A DNA stretch of 64,000 nucleotides from positions 54,932,001 to 54,996,000 of the forward strand of contig NC_135761.1 in NCBI RefSeq assembly GCF_052425735.1, given 5' to 3'. Position numbers and translations under genes: made by a program. The DNA comes from Oculina patagonica. Lineage: Eukaryota. Below are positions 36,949 to 50,712 of the stretch, piece after piece (position 1 is the first letter of the stretch; every line of letters begins with the position of its first letter). A model generated the notes under the pieces. The model was given only the letters and a program-made list of their open reading frames with translations, had not been told where the DNA came from and did no database searches.

Positions 36949-39644
36949 TTCTAACTGGACGTATAATTTTCCTCACAAGTGAAAAAAGCGATACGCGCCA
37001 TTTGATTGGTTTACATCGGTTTGCGAACGAAAATTTACTTTGCGGCTTTTCAGTGAGTAAATATCAGTACGTATATAATAAAATAAGTTCGGTTGCTCTC
37101 ATTAGTACGCTCGTTAAAAACAAAACTTGTTCTCGCCAGCTGAGGGGCAAAACTAGAAAATGACAACAACTTGTCTTTCAAAAGCAGCCAAGACAAAGAA
37201 ATAAGTAAAAATGCTGAATTAAAATAACAAGTCAATGATTTATCTCAGTGGTTGATCAACCCAAGATGATAAGGATTATTTTTTTTATTCCGCATTTTTT
37301 TTATAAACACACTATCACTATATTTATGCCCACAACGATTACGGCTGCTAGTGTGGATAAACAGTCGGCTTTTCCTTTGTATTTTGGTGACAGTGGTGAA
37401 ACTTCTATATCAAAATTAGTCTCTAATAAAGTTTGGTTGTTTGCATTAATGCATTGCCAGCAATTAAAAACATTTCAACGAGTTGTGAGGCTTGACCAAT
37501 TACTCAACTGTCCATCAGTTTTTATCCTATTTTCTTTCTTTTGTTTCTAAACAGTTTGCAAAATTTGGAATGTACGAGTTTCATTTAATTTAGACTACTG
37601 AAGTTGTTTTGACTTAGACGTTATACAACAAGAGTTCCCATTCGTTTAAACTGTTGGTCCTGCCACAGTATGCACGCTTCAAGTTATTAGCTAGTTATTT
37701 GCAATCCACCATTAGTCTGTCCTGTTATTGCATTTCGTTGGGCTTTGAAAATAAAATATTAAGCGAAAGATTGCAAGAAATGCATAGAACATGCTTACTT
37801 AAATAGTTACTAATGGGTCAAGAAAATAATTATGATAGATACCAAAGAATTGCATTGTTATGAATTCCTCCATGTGGCGTTGAACCTTGTGAAAATTATG
37901 TGGTTGCCGAAGTCTTAGCAACAATCGGTGCTAATAAGGATGGCTTCTTCCAACTTAAACCGAGTAAAGACTGGTTTTTAGTTACTATGCTATATAAGAT
38001 TAAATATATCGTTAGAAAGAAACGGCTTGTCCGTGATGAAGAGGGAGCAGAAATGCATTTTTCACTGCCAGCGGTAAGATGTCGTCAAAGTGGTTTCCAA
38101 GTCTTTGAACAAATTCTTTCTATTCTGGAGCACTTGACGTAATGAAATTAAGAATTTATCACGAAAATAACATCTGTACAGCTTTAATTTATGAAGAGTT
38201 AATAAAGCGAATGTTATGCTTCTGAGACCAGTCAAACTTAGCCAAAGCGGAAAATAGAACGTTAAAATTGTTTTTGCCTATAACTAGATGAAAACACTTT
38301 CAAGTATATCAAAACGATGCTTACGTTCATACATCGATTGTTAAATGACATAACAATAACGAAATCAAACATTAACGTTACTTATGTTGAACAAACGGGA
38401 GAACCTGCAGTTACTGTTTAAACGTGTGTTCCAAGGAATTAAGACATTACAATTAGTACTGAAAAATATACTGGAAATAAATAACAAGTCAATGACGCAA
38501 AACATCATCAAGTCAATGATTCATCTTGGCGGTCTATCGACCTAGATGATTGATTTTTACATTCCGCATTCTTTTTATAAGCACGCTATCGTGATCGTAA
38601 GCTCAGTAAGATTACAGCTGCTAGCGTGGATTAATAGTTAGTCCTTCATTTGTATTTTCAGTTATTTGAAAAGCACTATATTAAAATAAAGTTTGGCTTT
38701 TGACATTAATGCATTACCAACAATTTTAAACATTTCAAAGAGATATAAGGCTTGACCAATAACCTAACTGCCCATCAATATTTAACCTATTTTGTTGCTC
38801 ATTTTCCTAAACAGTTAGCGAGTTTTAGAATGATGTGTTGTTTATGAACAGTTTCAACTAATCCAGACAATTGAAGTTGTTTCGACTTCGACGTTATACA
38901 GCAAGAGTAGCCATTTGTTTAAACCTTTGGTTCTGCCACAGTGTGCATGTGCATGCTTCAAGTTAGTAGCTAGTTATTTGCAATCCACCCATACTCTGTT
39001 AACTTAATTATTTTCTTTCTTTGGCCTCTGGAAAGGAAATATTTAGCTTTTTAAGGTTAATTATATCGTTAGTAAGAAATGGAGTGTTAGTGATAAAGAG
39101 GGAGCATAAATGCATTTACTGGCAGCCATAAGATTTCGTCAAAGTGGTTTCCAATTCGTTAAACTAATTCTTTCAATTCTGGAACCATTGTCGTAATGAA
39201 ATCAAGACCGTATCACGAAAACAACATCTGTAAAGCTTTACTCTAACAACAAATTAAACGAATGAAGACATGATATGGCCAATTTATATAAAACCGTCAT
39301 GGAATCGAATGATTCTTATGCTTTAAGATCAGTCATACTAACCAAAAGCGGAAAAATAGAGCGATAGAACTGTTTTTGCATAAGTAGATGAAAACACTAC
39401 CAAGTCTATCAAAATGACTGCTTACGTTCATATATCGGCTGTTATTAAATAACATGACAATTAAGAAACCAAACATTAATCTCGTGCATGTTGAACAAAC
39501 GCGTTAAACTACAGTTCTTATTTTTCAACTCCATGAGCTGTTAGCAGTGTTTATGGAAGCTTTCTGATGCGTGCAAAATGCCGTGACGCAATTCCATGAG
39601 TATATATGGGTGAAAAAGTGCTAAAGGAAGGCAATATTACTTAC

Positions 39645-39709
39645 CTTGGAAAAAAACCAGCGAGTTGAAACACGAAACAAGCTACGCGCATATTGCTGTG
39701 AAGGAACAT
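39645..39709 (-). pseudogene. Signal-peptide exon, copy 6 (MFLHSNMRVACFVFQLAGFF..), +1 frameshift
   Basis: 65 nt: T7 run where copy 8 has T6, giving phase 2; could be a homopolymer sequencing error. Confidence 0.6.
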
Positions 39710-40605
39710 TACTGCATGGTTTAATCCACTGACATATATTCTAGGCTATGGGTGTGTCACCCTTGAAAGCGAGCAAATTAGCTTCGCGATTTGCAATTAT
39801 TAGTCTCGCATGAAATACATATCCCTCTAAGCACTGGCTACCTCGTTAACTCTATAAGTGACAGTTAAGAATAACGCTTGTCCCAAATAAAGCCGATTTG
39901 TCGAGTTTTGTAAACTTTAGCTAGCATCTCTTTTCAATCAATACCACAATCTTGGAAAGATCTTTTATTAGTTTATTTGTCTTTCAGTGAAAGTTTTTAC
40001 TTAAAATGTTTAAAAATAGTTATTTATGAGTTTATTGTTTGAGAACGGATGACGCACGTTCGCTTTCAAAGAGAAAAACCTTTGCCCCAATCTATTTTTG
40101 GCAATTTGATTTATACTTCAACTTATTTGTTTTAGTTCACTACCTGAACGCAAGATCTTGAAGTGCGTTTGACTGAGCACTTGAATATCTAGCTAAAATA
40201 TGAATATTAACCGAATGCGGAGTTTCCTTTGAATGGATTCCTTGCCCTCTGATAGTCGAGTACCGTTAAATTTCGATAAGAAGAGATGGACTTTTATGTG
40301 TTTCATCGGTATATCAAAACAGTAAGAAGAGAGTTGAAAATACGACGCGCGCGGAGTATTTTTGACGAAATTCGAGGTGTTTGGATAGCTGATGAAACAC
40401 TGTCTCGAGTGTCTGATGTATCTTCTCAATCGAAATAAAAACTACGGAGTAAACGGAGAAATAAAATCGTTAATATCTATGCTAATTAAGACCGGGTATC
40501 AAAACCTTCTTCACGGTTTTAATTTTCTTTGTTTGAACTTGATGAATTACTTATGAGTTTGAGAATATCTGATGAAGACTCATTCAAACGAAGCCGGTTT
40601 AGGAC

Positions 40606-40724
40606 TTATTTGAGCACAGACTTTTCCGTAAGTTTATTTTCGAGATTCTCTGCGATGCACCTTCTGCTCGCGCAGTAAAAAGGCACTTGTATGAACTCAT
40701 GGATTGTCGTGAGGTGCCGTAGAG
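40606..40724 (-). CDS. Candidate short terminal exon behind a duplicated acceptor (ALRHLTTIHEFIQVPFYCASRRCIAENLENKLTEKSVLK*)
   Basis: gtcag|CT CTA acceptor and upstream intron match those of the large exon at 31782; 1-nt deletion relative to the 47.3-kb copy. Confidence 0.35.
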
Positions 40725-41151
40725 CTGACTAGCAACGTTTTCTCTCCAGTAACCTTTTTTCATACAGTGACCAAAAAATTGAATGACTTGCTAGTTGTTT
40801 TTTCATTTCTGGTATTTCAGATACGAATTGAAATTTCAGTGGGTTACTAAGTTCGCAAGAGGCTGTAGTGTGTCGATTACAGATTATTAGTAGAAACTCA
40901 GCCGTGTTCTATTCAAAATCCACGAATCTGATTGGTTCTCCAACTGTTTTCTATTCGCTGATAGAAAACGATCGCGCGCTCGTTGCTCATTAAAAGATTA
41001 ATTTTTCTTCATTTTTGGCTTATAAGTACGTAAAATTGTAGGTTTTTGGACTGCAGTCCTTTAAGAGTTTCTACTAAAACAATTACACTACTCGCCCTCG
41101 TTTTCTATGAGCAATAGTCAACTCGGCTGCGCCTTGTTGACTATTTGCTCA

Positions 41152-41186
<35 letters not shown>

Positions 41187-43212
41187 AAACGACGTTAAGA
41201 CACCGTTTATGATAGACGTGGTCTAAAGTGTCTTTTTTTACACATCATCTTTACCGGGTCTACGTGAACTGTGGCTTATTCACAATAATAAAATTTTGCC
41301 TTCGCCTGGTTGTCGTTTACGCAGTCCAGTGTAAACCCCCAGTTCTTCAACAATTTAGGACAAACTTGGACCCTATTTAAAAAATCGGCTCAATAGATTC
41401 TATTAATTTTGATATATACCGTTTTTATTTTGTTTTTTGGTTGCAGTAAACATCATTGGTGAAATATTTTAATGCAATCAATAAACAGTAATCATTTGAT
41501 AAGTTCTGTATTGACGTTTGTCTTAAATATATAAATTTTGGTTGTTTACATTAGTACATCCGGCCAATTTTCCCCCTCTGGGTAAACGCATTAAGTCAAG
41601 ACATTAGTGGGTCATTAGTACATTCGTTAAGTAAATTTGTCAAGTGTTTTCACCAGCTGAGGGGCAAACTAGAAAATGACAACAACTTGTCTTTCAAAAG
41701 CAGCCAAGACATAACAATGAGTAAAAATGCCAAATTGAAATAAGACTCAATGACAAAAACAATAAGTCGATGATTCAGCTCGGCAGTTGATCGACCTTGA
41801 TGATAAGTTTCTTTATTCCGCGTTCTTTTTATAACACGCTATCGCTATATTTATGCCCACAACGATTACAGCTGCTAGCGTGGATTAATAGTCGGCTTTT
41901 CTTTTGTATTTTGGTGACAGTAGAGAAACTTCTTTGTGAACTTGTTTTATCAAGTTAAGTAACAGTTATTTGAATAGCACTATATCAAAAATTGTCTGAG
42001 ATAAAGTTTGGTTGTTTACAATAATGCATTGCCAGCAATTTAGAAAATTTCAACGAGTCATAAGGCTTGACCAGTTAGTTAACTGTCCATCAGTTTTGAA
42101 CCTATTTGCTTGCTCTTCTTTCTAAATAGTAAGCAAATTTTGAAATGTTGCGCTGTCTTCGACTGAAGAATTTCGTTTAATTTAGACTACTAAAAATTTT
42201 TCTACTTCGACTTTATAAAACCAGAGTCGCTATTTAGCCTTGCCATAGTATGCATGCTTCTAGTTGTTAGCTAGCAACATCCATGGGATTGTTCTGTCTT
42301 GTTATTTCCTTTCATTAGCCTTTGAAAATGAAATATTTAGTAAAAGGTTGCTGAAAGATTAAGTCTGGGAAACGATCTGTCGAGAAATACATGGAACATG
42401 CTTCACTGAAATATTGTAAACTAATGGGTCGAGAAAATATTTCTGATGGATATCAAAGAATTGCATTGTTGTGAATTTCTTCTTGTGACCTTATGTGCCT
42501 TATGAAAAATACTGTGGTTGCTGTAGTCTTGGCAACAGTCGGTGTTATTAACGATAATGTCTTCCAAATTGAAGCGAGTAAAGACCAGTTTTTAATTTCT
42601 ACGCTATATAATATTTATCATATTGTTAGTAAGATACGTTATGCCCGTACTGAAGAGCGAGCACAAATGCAATTCTCTTTGCCAGCCGTCAGATGTCGTC
42701 AAAGTGGTTTCCAATTCGTTAAACAAATTCTTTCAATTCTGGAGCACTTGACGTAATGAAATCAAAAACTTATCACGAAAACAACATTTGTGAAGCTTTA
42801 CTTTAACAACATATTAAACTAATGGAGAGTTGATATGATGAATTATAAGATCGTCAAGGAGTCGAATGCTTCTTATGATTTTAGGCCAATCATACTGAAC
42901 CAAACCGGAAAATAGAACGTTAAAATTGTTCTTGCATAATAGATGAAAACACTACCATATTTATCAAAATGACTGCTAATTACGCTCATATATCGGTTGT
43001 TATTAAATAACATAACAATTAAGAAATCAAACATTGAGGTCATTAATGTTGAACAAACGCGAGATATCTACTGCAGTTCTTATTTTTGTTTCAACGTCAC
43101 GAGTCGTTATAACGGTGTGATGTCGAGCTTTCTCGTGCGTAAAAAATGCTGTGACGCAGAGCTTTATCAGTATGGGTGCACAAAGTGCTAAAGGAAGGCA
43201 AATATCACTTAC

Positions 43213-43276
43213 CTTGGAAGAAACCAGCAAGTAGAAACACAAACCAAGCTGCGCGCATATTGTTGTGAAGGGACAT
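43213..43276 (-). CDS. Signal-peptide first exon, copy 7 (MSLHNNMRAAWFVFLLAGFFQ)
   Basis: ATG...CAA G|GTAAG, 64 nt. Confidence 0.75.
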
Positions 43277-45140
43277 TACTGTATGGTGTGTTCTGCAATT
43301 AACTTCACGATTTGCATTTTTCAGCAGTCTTGCATGAAATATATCCCAGTGTTTGTATTGGCTACCTCGTTTACTCTAAGTGACAGTTAGAATAACGGTA
43401 GCCTCAAATAAAGCCGATTTGAGAAGTTTGACTGTATCTCTTTTCTTTTCAATCAACACCACAATCTCAGAAAGTGCTTTCTTCAGTTTATTTGTCTTTC
43501 AGTGAAGGTTTTACCTAAAGGTGCTTAAAAACGCGTTCTACAACCTGACGGAGTCTCGATGCTTTTCACAATTTAAGTTCTGTACCTAATTAAATAAAGA
43601 CGCTGTTAAAAAGAAAAGTGTTTAGTCTCGATTTAAATCAAGAAATCAAGAACTTAACACGAAAACAACATTTGTGAAGCTGTACTTTAACAATATATTA
43701 AACGAATGAAGAGGTGATATGGTGAATTATAAGATCGTCGTGGAAACGAATGTTTTTATGCTTCTGAGACCAGTCATACAGAGCTAAAGCGGAAAATGCA
43801 ACGTTAAATTCTTTTGCATAAATAGATGAAAACACTTTCAAGTATATCAAAACGACTGCTTACGTTCATACATCGGTTGTTAGATGACAAAACATTACGA
43901 AATCAAACATTAACGTTATTTATGTTGAAAAAATGCGAGGAACATTGCAATAAGTACTGAAAAATATACTGGAGATAAATAACAAGTCGATGACGAAAAA
44001 CACTTATAAGTCAAACGATTCATCTTGGCGGTCTACCGACCTAGATGATTGATTTTTACATTCCGCATTCTTCTTATAAGCGCGCTATCGTGATCGTATG
44101 CTCAGCACGATTACGGCTGCTAGCGTGGATTAATAGTCAGTCCTTCATTTGTATTTTCAGTTATTTGAAAAGCACTATATTAAAATAAAGTTTGGCTTTT
44201 GACATTAATGCATTGCCAACAATTTTAAACATTTCAAAGAGATATAAGGCTTGACCAATAACCTAACTGCCCATCAATATTTAACCTATTTTGTTGCTCA
44301 TTTTCCTAAACAGTTAGCGAATTTTAGAATGATGTGTTGTTTATGAACAGTTTCAACTAATCCAGACAATTGAAGTTGTTTCGACTTCGACGTTATACAG
44401 CAAGAGTGGCCATTTGTTTAAACCTTTGGTTCTGCCACAGTGTGCATGTGCATGCTTCAAGTTAGTAGCTAGTTATTTGCAATCCACCCATACTCTGTTA
44501 ACTTAATTATTTTCTTTCTTTGGCCTCTGGAAAGGAAATATTTAGCTTTTTAAGGTTAATTATATCGTTAGTAAGAAATAGAGTGTCAGTGATAAAGAGG
44601 GAGCATAAATGCATTTACTGGCAGCCATAAGATTTCGTCAAAGTGGTTTCCAATTCGTTAAACTAATTCTTTCAATTCTGGAACCATTGTCGTAATGAAA
44701 TCAAGACCTTATCACGAAAACAACATCTGTAAAGCTTTACTCTAACAACAAAATAAACGAATGAAGACATGATATGGCCAATTTATATAAAACCGTCATG
44801 GAATCGAATGATTCTTATGCTTTAAGATCACTCATATTGACCCAAAGCGGAAAAATAGAGATAGAACGTTTGATAAATAGATAAAAACACTACCAAGTTT
44901 ATCACAATGACTGCTTACGTTCATATATCCGCTGTTATTAAATAACATAACAATTAAGAAATCAAACATTAATGTCGTTCATGTTGAAATCAAACGCGAG
45001 AAACTCCAGTTCTTATTTTTCAAGGCCATGAGCTGTAAGCAGTGTTTATGCAAGCTTAATGTTCCGTGCAAAATGCCGTGACGCAATTCCATGAGTATAT
45101 ATGGGTGTAACAAGTGCTAAAGGAGGGCAATATTACTTAC

Positions 45141-45204
45141 CTTGGAAAAAACCAGCGAGTTGAAGCACGAAACAAGCAACGCGCATATTGCTGTGAAGGA
45201 ACAT
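45141..45204 (-). CDS. Signal-peptide first exon, copy 8 (MFLHSNMRVACFVLQLAGFFQ)
   Basis: ATG...CAA G|GTAAG, 64 nt; Gln in the hydrophobic core. Confidence 0.65.
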
Positions 45205-45951
45205 TACTGCATGGTTTGATTCACTGACATATATTCTAGGCTATCGGTGTGTCACCCTTGAAAGCGAGCAAATTAGCTTCGCGATTTGCAATTATTAGTC
45301 TCGCATGAAATACATATCGCTCTTAGGTCCTCTAAGCACTGGCTACTTCGTTAACTCTAAGTAGCAGTAAAGAATAACGGTAGTCCCAAATAAAGCCGAT
45401 TTGTCGAGATGTAAACTTTAGCTGGTATCTTTTTTCAATCAATACCACAATCTTGGAAAGATCTTTCATTAGTTTATTTGTCTTTCAGTGAAAGTTTTTA
45501 CTTTAAATGTTTAAAACTAGTTATTTATGAGTTTATTGTTTGAAAACGGATGACGCACGTTCGCTTTCAAAGAGAAAAACCTTTGCCCCGATCTATTTAT
45601 AGCAATTTGATTTATACGGCAACTAATTTGTTTAGTTCATTACCTGAACGCAAGATCTTGAAGTGCGTTTGACTGAGCACTTGAATATCTAGCTAATATA
45701 AGAACATTTACCAAATGCGGAGTTTCCTTTGAATGAATTCCTTGCCCTCAGTTTCTAATATTGCGTTGAGTACAGTAAAATTTCGATGAGAAGATGGGCT
45801 TAAATTTATTTGAAAGCTTTGCTGGAGTCATTTTCCGGAGTGGGTGAGGGCGTGGAGTCGGGGGAGGTTGCAAGATGTAAGTCGGGTGCATGTGTGGGTG
45901 GGGGCAGTATTTTTTTTTTGGGGGGGGGGGGGGTAGTATATATTAATTTAA

Positions 45952-46500
45952 AGGAGAAGTTCACTCCAGAATGGCAATTTATTTTCTTTACGCCAATAAA
46001 AAGTTTACACAAAGATATGTTATTCACCAAAATTTCAGCCTCCAACGTGCGCTATAACCCTACGAAATCTTTCCCAAAACTCGACAACTGAACGCCGCCA
46101 TCTTGGAGCTGGTAATGTATGCGTGACGTCAAAGAGCTCAGCCTGACGTTTGGCGAGAAAATTTAAATACTCAAAACTCCTTGTTTCTTCGTAGTGGCTT
46201 TTGTTTGTCAAAATGCCTGTTTGTGCATCTCCATTTTGCTCAAACAGAGCTCCAAGAAATACAAAACACAAGGAGTTTTGACTATTAAAATTTTCCCGCA
46301 AAACTTCAGGCTGAGCTCTTTGACGTCACGCATACATTACCAGCTCCAAGATGGCGGCGTTCAGCTGTCGAGTTTTGGGAAAGATTTCGTAGGGTTATAG
46401 CGCACGTTGGAGGCTGAAATTTTGGTGAATAACATATCTTTGTATAAACTTTTTATTGGCGTAAAGAAAATGAATGGCCATTCTGGAGTGAACTTCTCCT
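45952..46500. mobile_element. Near-perfect palindromic MITE with TTAA target site (Kolobok-like AGG..CCT ends)
   Basis: TTAA|AGGAGAAGTTCACTCCAGAATGGC...GCCATTCTGGAGTGAACTTCTCCT|TTAA; arms over 200 bp. Confidence 0.9.
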
Positions 46501-47191
46501 TTAAGAGCTAAATCTAACTGATAAGCTCGTACACTTCTATTCTTGAGGAGAGGGCTCCTTAAAAAGACGAATTTTAGCTTATGAAATTCGAAAAGGGAGG
46601 GGGTTATCTTGGGGAGGGCATTGCTTGGAACAAATCGATAACTGACCGAGAATCGATATTCTCAGATAGTACGGTCGCGAGCAAGCTTGGTTAATAACAG
46701 ATATGTTATATGATTCTATTACTAGAAATGAGCCGTAGTGGCTTTACCCGGTCCAATACTGATACCAATATTGGGCCAGCAATAAAGCGTTCTTATTGGC
46801 TGATTTATGTTATTGACCCACTCAGCACACTTGTGCAATAAAATGGCACACTGTCTGAGTGCTTAGTAGACAAAAACACAACTGGAAGTAATATATCAAA
46901 CACTAATAACAGTGTTTCATCGGGATATCCAAACACCGAGAAGGGAGTTGAAAATGCGACGCACAGCGGAGTATTTTTGACGAAATTCGAGATGTTTGGA
47001 AGCCGATGAAACACTGTCTCAATGTTGATATATCTTCTCAATCGAAACAAAAACTACGGAGAAAATGGAGGAATAAAATCGTAAATATCTATGCTAATTA
47101 AGACCGGGTATCAAAACCTTCTTCACGGTTTTAATTTTCTTTGTTTTAACTTGATAAATTACTAATGAGTTTGAGAATATGTGATAAAGAC

Positions 47192-47337
47192 TCATTCAAA
47201 CGAGGTCGGCTTAGGACTAATTTGGGCACAGACTTTTCCGTAAGTTTGTTTTTGAGATTCTCTGCGATGCACCTTCTGCTTGCGCAGTAGAGAAGTCATT
47301 TGTATAGGCTCATGGATTGTCGTGGGGCGCTGTAGAG
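47192..47337 (-). CDS. Candidate short terminal exon behind a duplicated acceptor (ALQRPTTIHEPIQMTSLLRKQKVHRRESQKQTYGKVCAQISPKPTSFE*)
   Basis: ctccag|CT CTA CAG matches the start of the large exon; phase compatible with the leader exons. Confidence 0.4.
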
Positions 47338-47741
47338 CTGGAGAGCAGCATTTTTTTTTTCTCCCGGAACGTTTTTCCATACATTGACCCCAAAATTGAA
47401 TGTCTTACTAGTAGTTTTTTCAATTCTGGCATTTCAGGTATAAATTTACAGGGTCTACTTGAACTGTGGCTTATCCACAATAATACAATTCAGCCTCCGC
47501 CTGGTTGTTGTTTACGCAGTCCCGTGTAAACCCAAATTCTTCCACAATTTAAGTAAAAATTGGACCCTGTTTAAATATTCGGCTCAATAGATTCTAATAA
47601 TAATAATAATAATAGATAGTTTATTCATATTTCTACATGACAGTCTAAAACTGAATTGCGTAAAAATTTACAAAGAGATAAATTATTAAAAATACAACTG
47701 TTAAAATCTATTATAGCTACATTAAAAATTTGCCATAGAGG

Positions 47742-49077
47742 TAGACTTTCTAAAAGTCGTTCGCTTTTTCATTTCCGGTTTGGTGGTAGTAGACCCCGGT
47801 GCGAACGACTTTTATCACTTGCAGCGCGCCAAAATTACCGGAGGAATTTTCCTCCGGTAGAATTGACCAATCAGAGAACAGCGTTGTCAAGTTCACGTCA
47901 ATCAAACCAGATCCTTGCCAGACCCGCCAGGTAATGATCGATCACGCGTGAAAGATGAAACCAGCAATCTGTATATCGCACGTAGACTTTCTTGTCGTGT
48001 TGTGATATTCGTCGATTCTTCTGTTTTTGTTCGGCAAAAATCGTACAAAAAACGTACAAAAATCGTACACTAATGAACGTAGCAGGAACACTTTCTGTTT
48101 TTCGCAAAACGAAGCGATCAGCATATCGAATCTCCTAGAGTTTTGCGCCGAGAAGTCTTGTATACAAGTTGAAAGCAACACTTTGGCGTAATTGTAAAGG
48201 TGAGAAAATTTGTACCTACCTCGACGGAGGATGATGTGCTTAAGTTTACTTCTGTATCTGTGCTTTTGGGATCTGTTTGTGTACTACCATCTCTTTTCTT
48301 CAGAAGAGGCTTATCATTAATGACTTCTTCTGGAATAGCGCTTGCATGAAATAATGCTCTTCTCTTCGATGAGAATTTTTTCACACCTTCACTGAGGTCC
48401 TCGCGTTCATCGGACGGTTTTGTCAAACGCTTGACGCGAATGGAGCTATCCAAGTTGGATGCCACCATCATTTCTTGTGTTTTGTGGAAATTCTCCCTTG
48501 CTGAAAAAATTTTCTTACAGAGCGTTTCGTTCCGCTCTGAACAGTTTCGGCAAATAATTGCCGATTTATCATATTTATCTTGAAGCACATCTCCAAGAAG
48601 TAGCTCCAGATTTCGGCCGGTTTTGGTGTTATCCGAGCCAGAAAACAATCTCCTTCGTAAGTCCGTATTTGCAATTGACCCTCCACATTGCAGACAAATA
48701 TTTTCTGGCAAAGCGACGCGAACATAACATTTCGTTGGAGTGTTTTCCTCCGCCATGAGCTCCGAGTGTAAAATTGACTACATATCGAAAGCGCGAAAAT
48801 GAGCGGCGTTTTCCTCCAAAAGTCATTACTTGCGAAAAGAAATTTTGACAGCTTGACAGTTAAGCGAACGACTTATAGTAAGTCTAGACAGTTTTGACAC
48901 CCTGCCGTCTCGGAGAATTTCGCGCCAAAATCACGTCATTTGATGCGTTCTCCTGCAGGGGAAACAAGTCGAGCTCTCGCGCTTCGCGCTCGAGCTCTCG
49001 CGCTTCGCGCTCGCTCTCGCGCTGCGCGCTCGCCTTCGCGCTTCGCGCTCTGTGAGCTCGACTTGTAAGCAAGTCTA
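47742..49077. mobile_element. DNA transposon with TAGACT..AGTCTA ends and 9-bp TSD
   Basis: TSD CCATAGAGG at 47733-47741 and 49078-49086; an additional internal TIR-like end near 48862-48886. Confidence 0.8.
48118..48756 (-). CDS. Transposon-borne ORF with an N-terminal CxxC...CxxC zinc-binding motif
   Basis: 212-aa ATG ORF (CLQC..CRNC) inside TIR element 47742-49077; possible donor GAG|GTAGG near 48220. Confidence 0.55.
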   Translation of the reverse strand: MAEENTPTKCYVRVALPENICLQCGGSIANTDLRRRLFSGSDNTKTGRNLELLLGDVLQDKYDKSAIICRNCSERNETLCKKIFSARENFHKTQEMMVASNLDSSIRVKRLTKPSDEREDLSEGVKKFSSKRRALFHASAIPEEVINDKPLLKKRDGSTQTDPKSTDTEVNLSTSSSVEVGTNFLTFTITPKCCFQLVYKTSRRKTLGDSIC

Positions 49078-49330
49078 CCATAGAGGGGAAAAAGCTATGT
49101 TTAAAACGATTGGTTCGAGCCTTATATGCTTGAAAATGACATTGACTTCTTAAGTTATACGTATTTACATTTTCCTGTGGTAAGAACTTATGTAATTTGT
49201 GGCTACTATCGAGCATGATCTTATTGAAGAGTTTCTTGCACAGGATAGAACGTCTTTCCTTTAGGGAGCTTAGATTACAACATGATAGGTTATCCTGATA
49301 TGATGCGTGTGGATCGATAATAAATAGCGC

Positions 49331-50712
49331 CAAGAGAGGATAAGGGGACAGAGAGGTAGTCTCCTAGTCTAGGCCTTGGGATATGTCAAAGACAGAAAAG
49401 TTATATTTAGCCGCGTGCAAAACGGAAGTGTCTGTTTTTCTTGGCTTCCGCACACGCCATTCATGATCAAGGCGTGAGAAATGTCATTAACAATAGCGGA
49501 AACGTTTCATTGATGAGAGCGAGTTGTGAAATAAAATTTTAGCAGGAAATATTGGGAATAAGGGATAGATTCTACAATTTTTTTCAAATCCAATGGCTCG
49601 CGAAGAATAAAGTCAAAACCATATATATTAAACCTGCATTAACAGGCAAAACAGATAACAGATAACAGACCCCAGTACGCCTAGAGATACTCTTACATTT
49701 CATTCATGCGGTGCCAGACCAAACGTGCGAACAGGGGAATAAATCAATAAAAAACCTCCGTTATTTCGAGCTCAAGCGACAAAACGCCCGATCGAATACG
49801 GCACAGCGTCTCTTTGAAACAAATATATATCTTTATCGACATTCTCTGATGAATCAGACGAAACCGGAAAAACACAGATACCGGTATGTCATCTGTGATA
49901 AGATACATCACACCTTCAAGCAAAGTTAATTAAACAGCCTGGTTCGGCGTCACAAAATAAAATAAAATTACACTTTCAAAGAAAGTTTCCGACAAAGTCC
50001 TTCCAGGGCGAATATTTTGAGAGATTAAAATATATCTTGCAAAATGATATCAGCCAAATCAAACCTCACGGGCAAAATCATTTAGCAAATGAGAGAGGTG
50101 TTAATGTCTACAAACTGCAGGAAAGCATGCAGACTTGTGTGACCTCCAGTCTACACTTTTGGAGTGCCATAAACGTCTATTTGACCTAAAACGCTTCCCA
50201 ATAATAATTATAGTATGCAGAAGGAGAAGGCCTTTTTCGAAAGCCTCCTATCCTATGTTGTCGCATTAAAAAGGCAAATCGCTTAAAGACACTCTTCTCA
50301 GAGCGATACTTATAAGACACAGCGGTTAAAAAATCAGGTCGCAAATAGTAATAATAAACAGTAGGAGTCCGTGTAGGCAAGAGAAAATAATATTTTCTCT
50401 TGGTGTAGGCCTGTCACGATTTTTATTTAGCATCTACAGAAGACGCTTACTTTGGAAAGCTTCCGATTCAATCTATCATTGACATTAACATCGTTGCCGA
50501 ACTCTAAACGCCTGTAAAATGCCCTCTAAAAATGACATGCTGAATGTTAATTAGCCAATAAAACAAATGTCACGCTGGCCCGATTTATTGACTTTACTAG
50601 AACCGGAACTACGCTTTTGTGGGCGTCCGCATATCTAAAAATAACTTTTCTGTCTTTGACATATCCCGGCCAACGCCCTCTAAGTCCCTCTCTGTCCCAT
50701 TATCCTCTCTTG
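49331..50712. mobile_element. P-element-like non-autonomous transposon
   Basis: CAAGAGAGGATAA...TTATCCTCTCTTG TIRs, subterminal inverted GATATGTCAAAGACAGAAAAGTTAT, 7-bp TSD ATAGCGC. Confidence 0.85.

Noticed and set aside
37900-42756. Similar plus-strand ORFs at 37900..38142 and 42493..42756
   Set aside because: Similarity comes from the duplicated intron; other copies (about 33.6, 39.1 and 52.0 kb) have stops or deletions, and no domain is recognisable.
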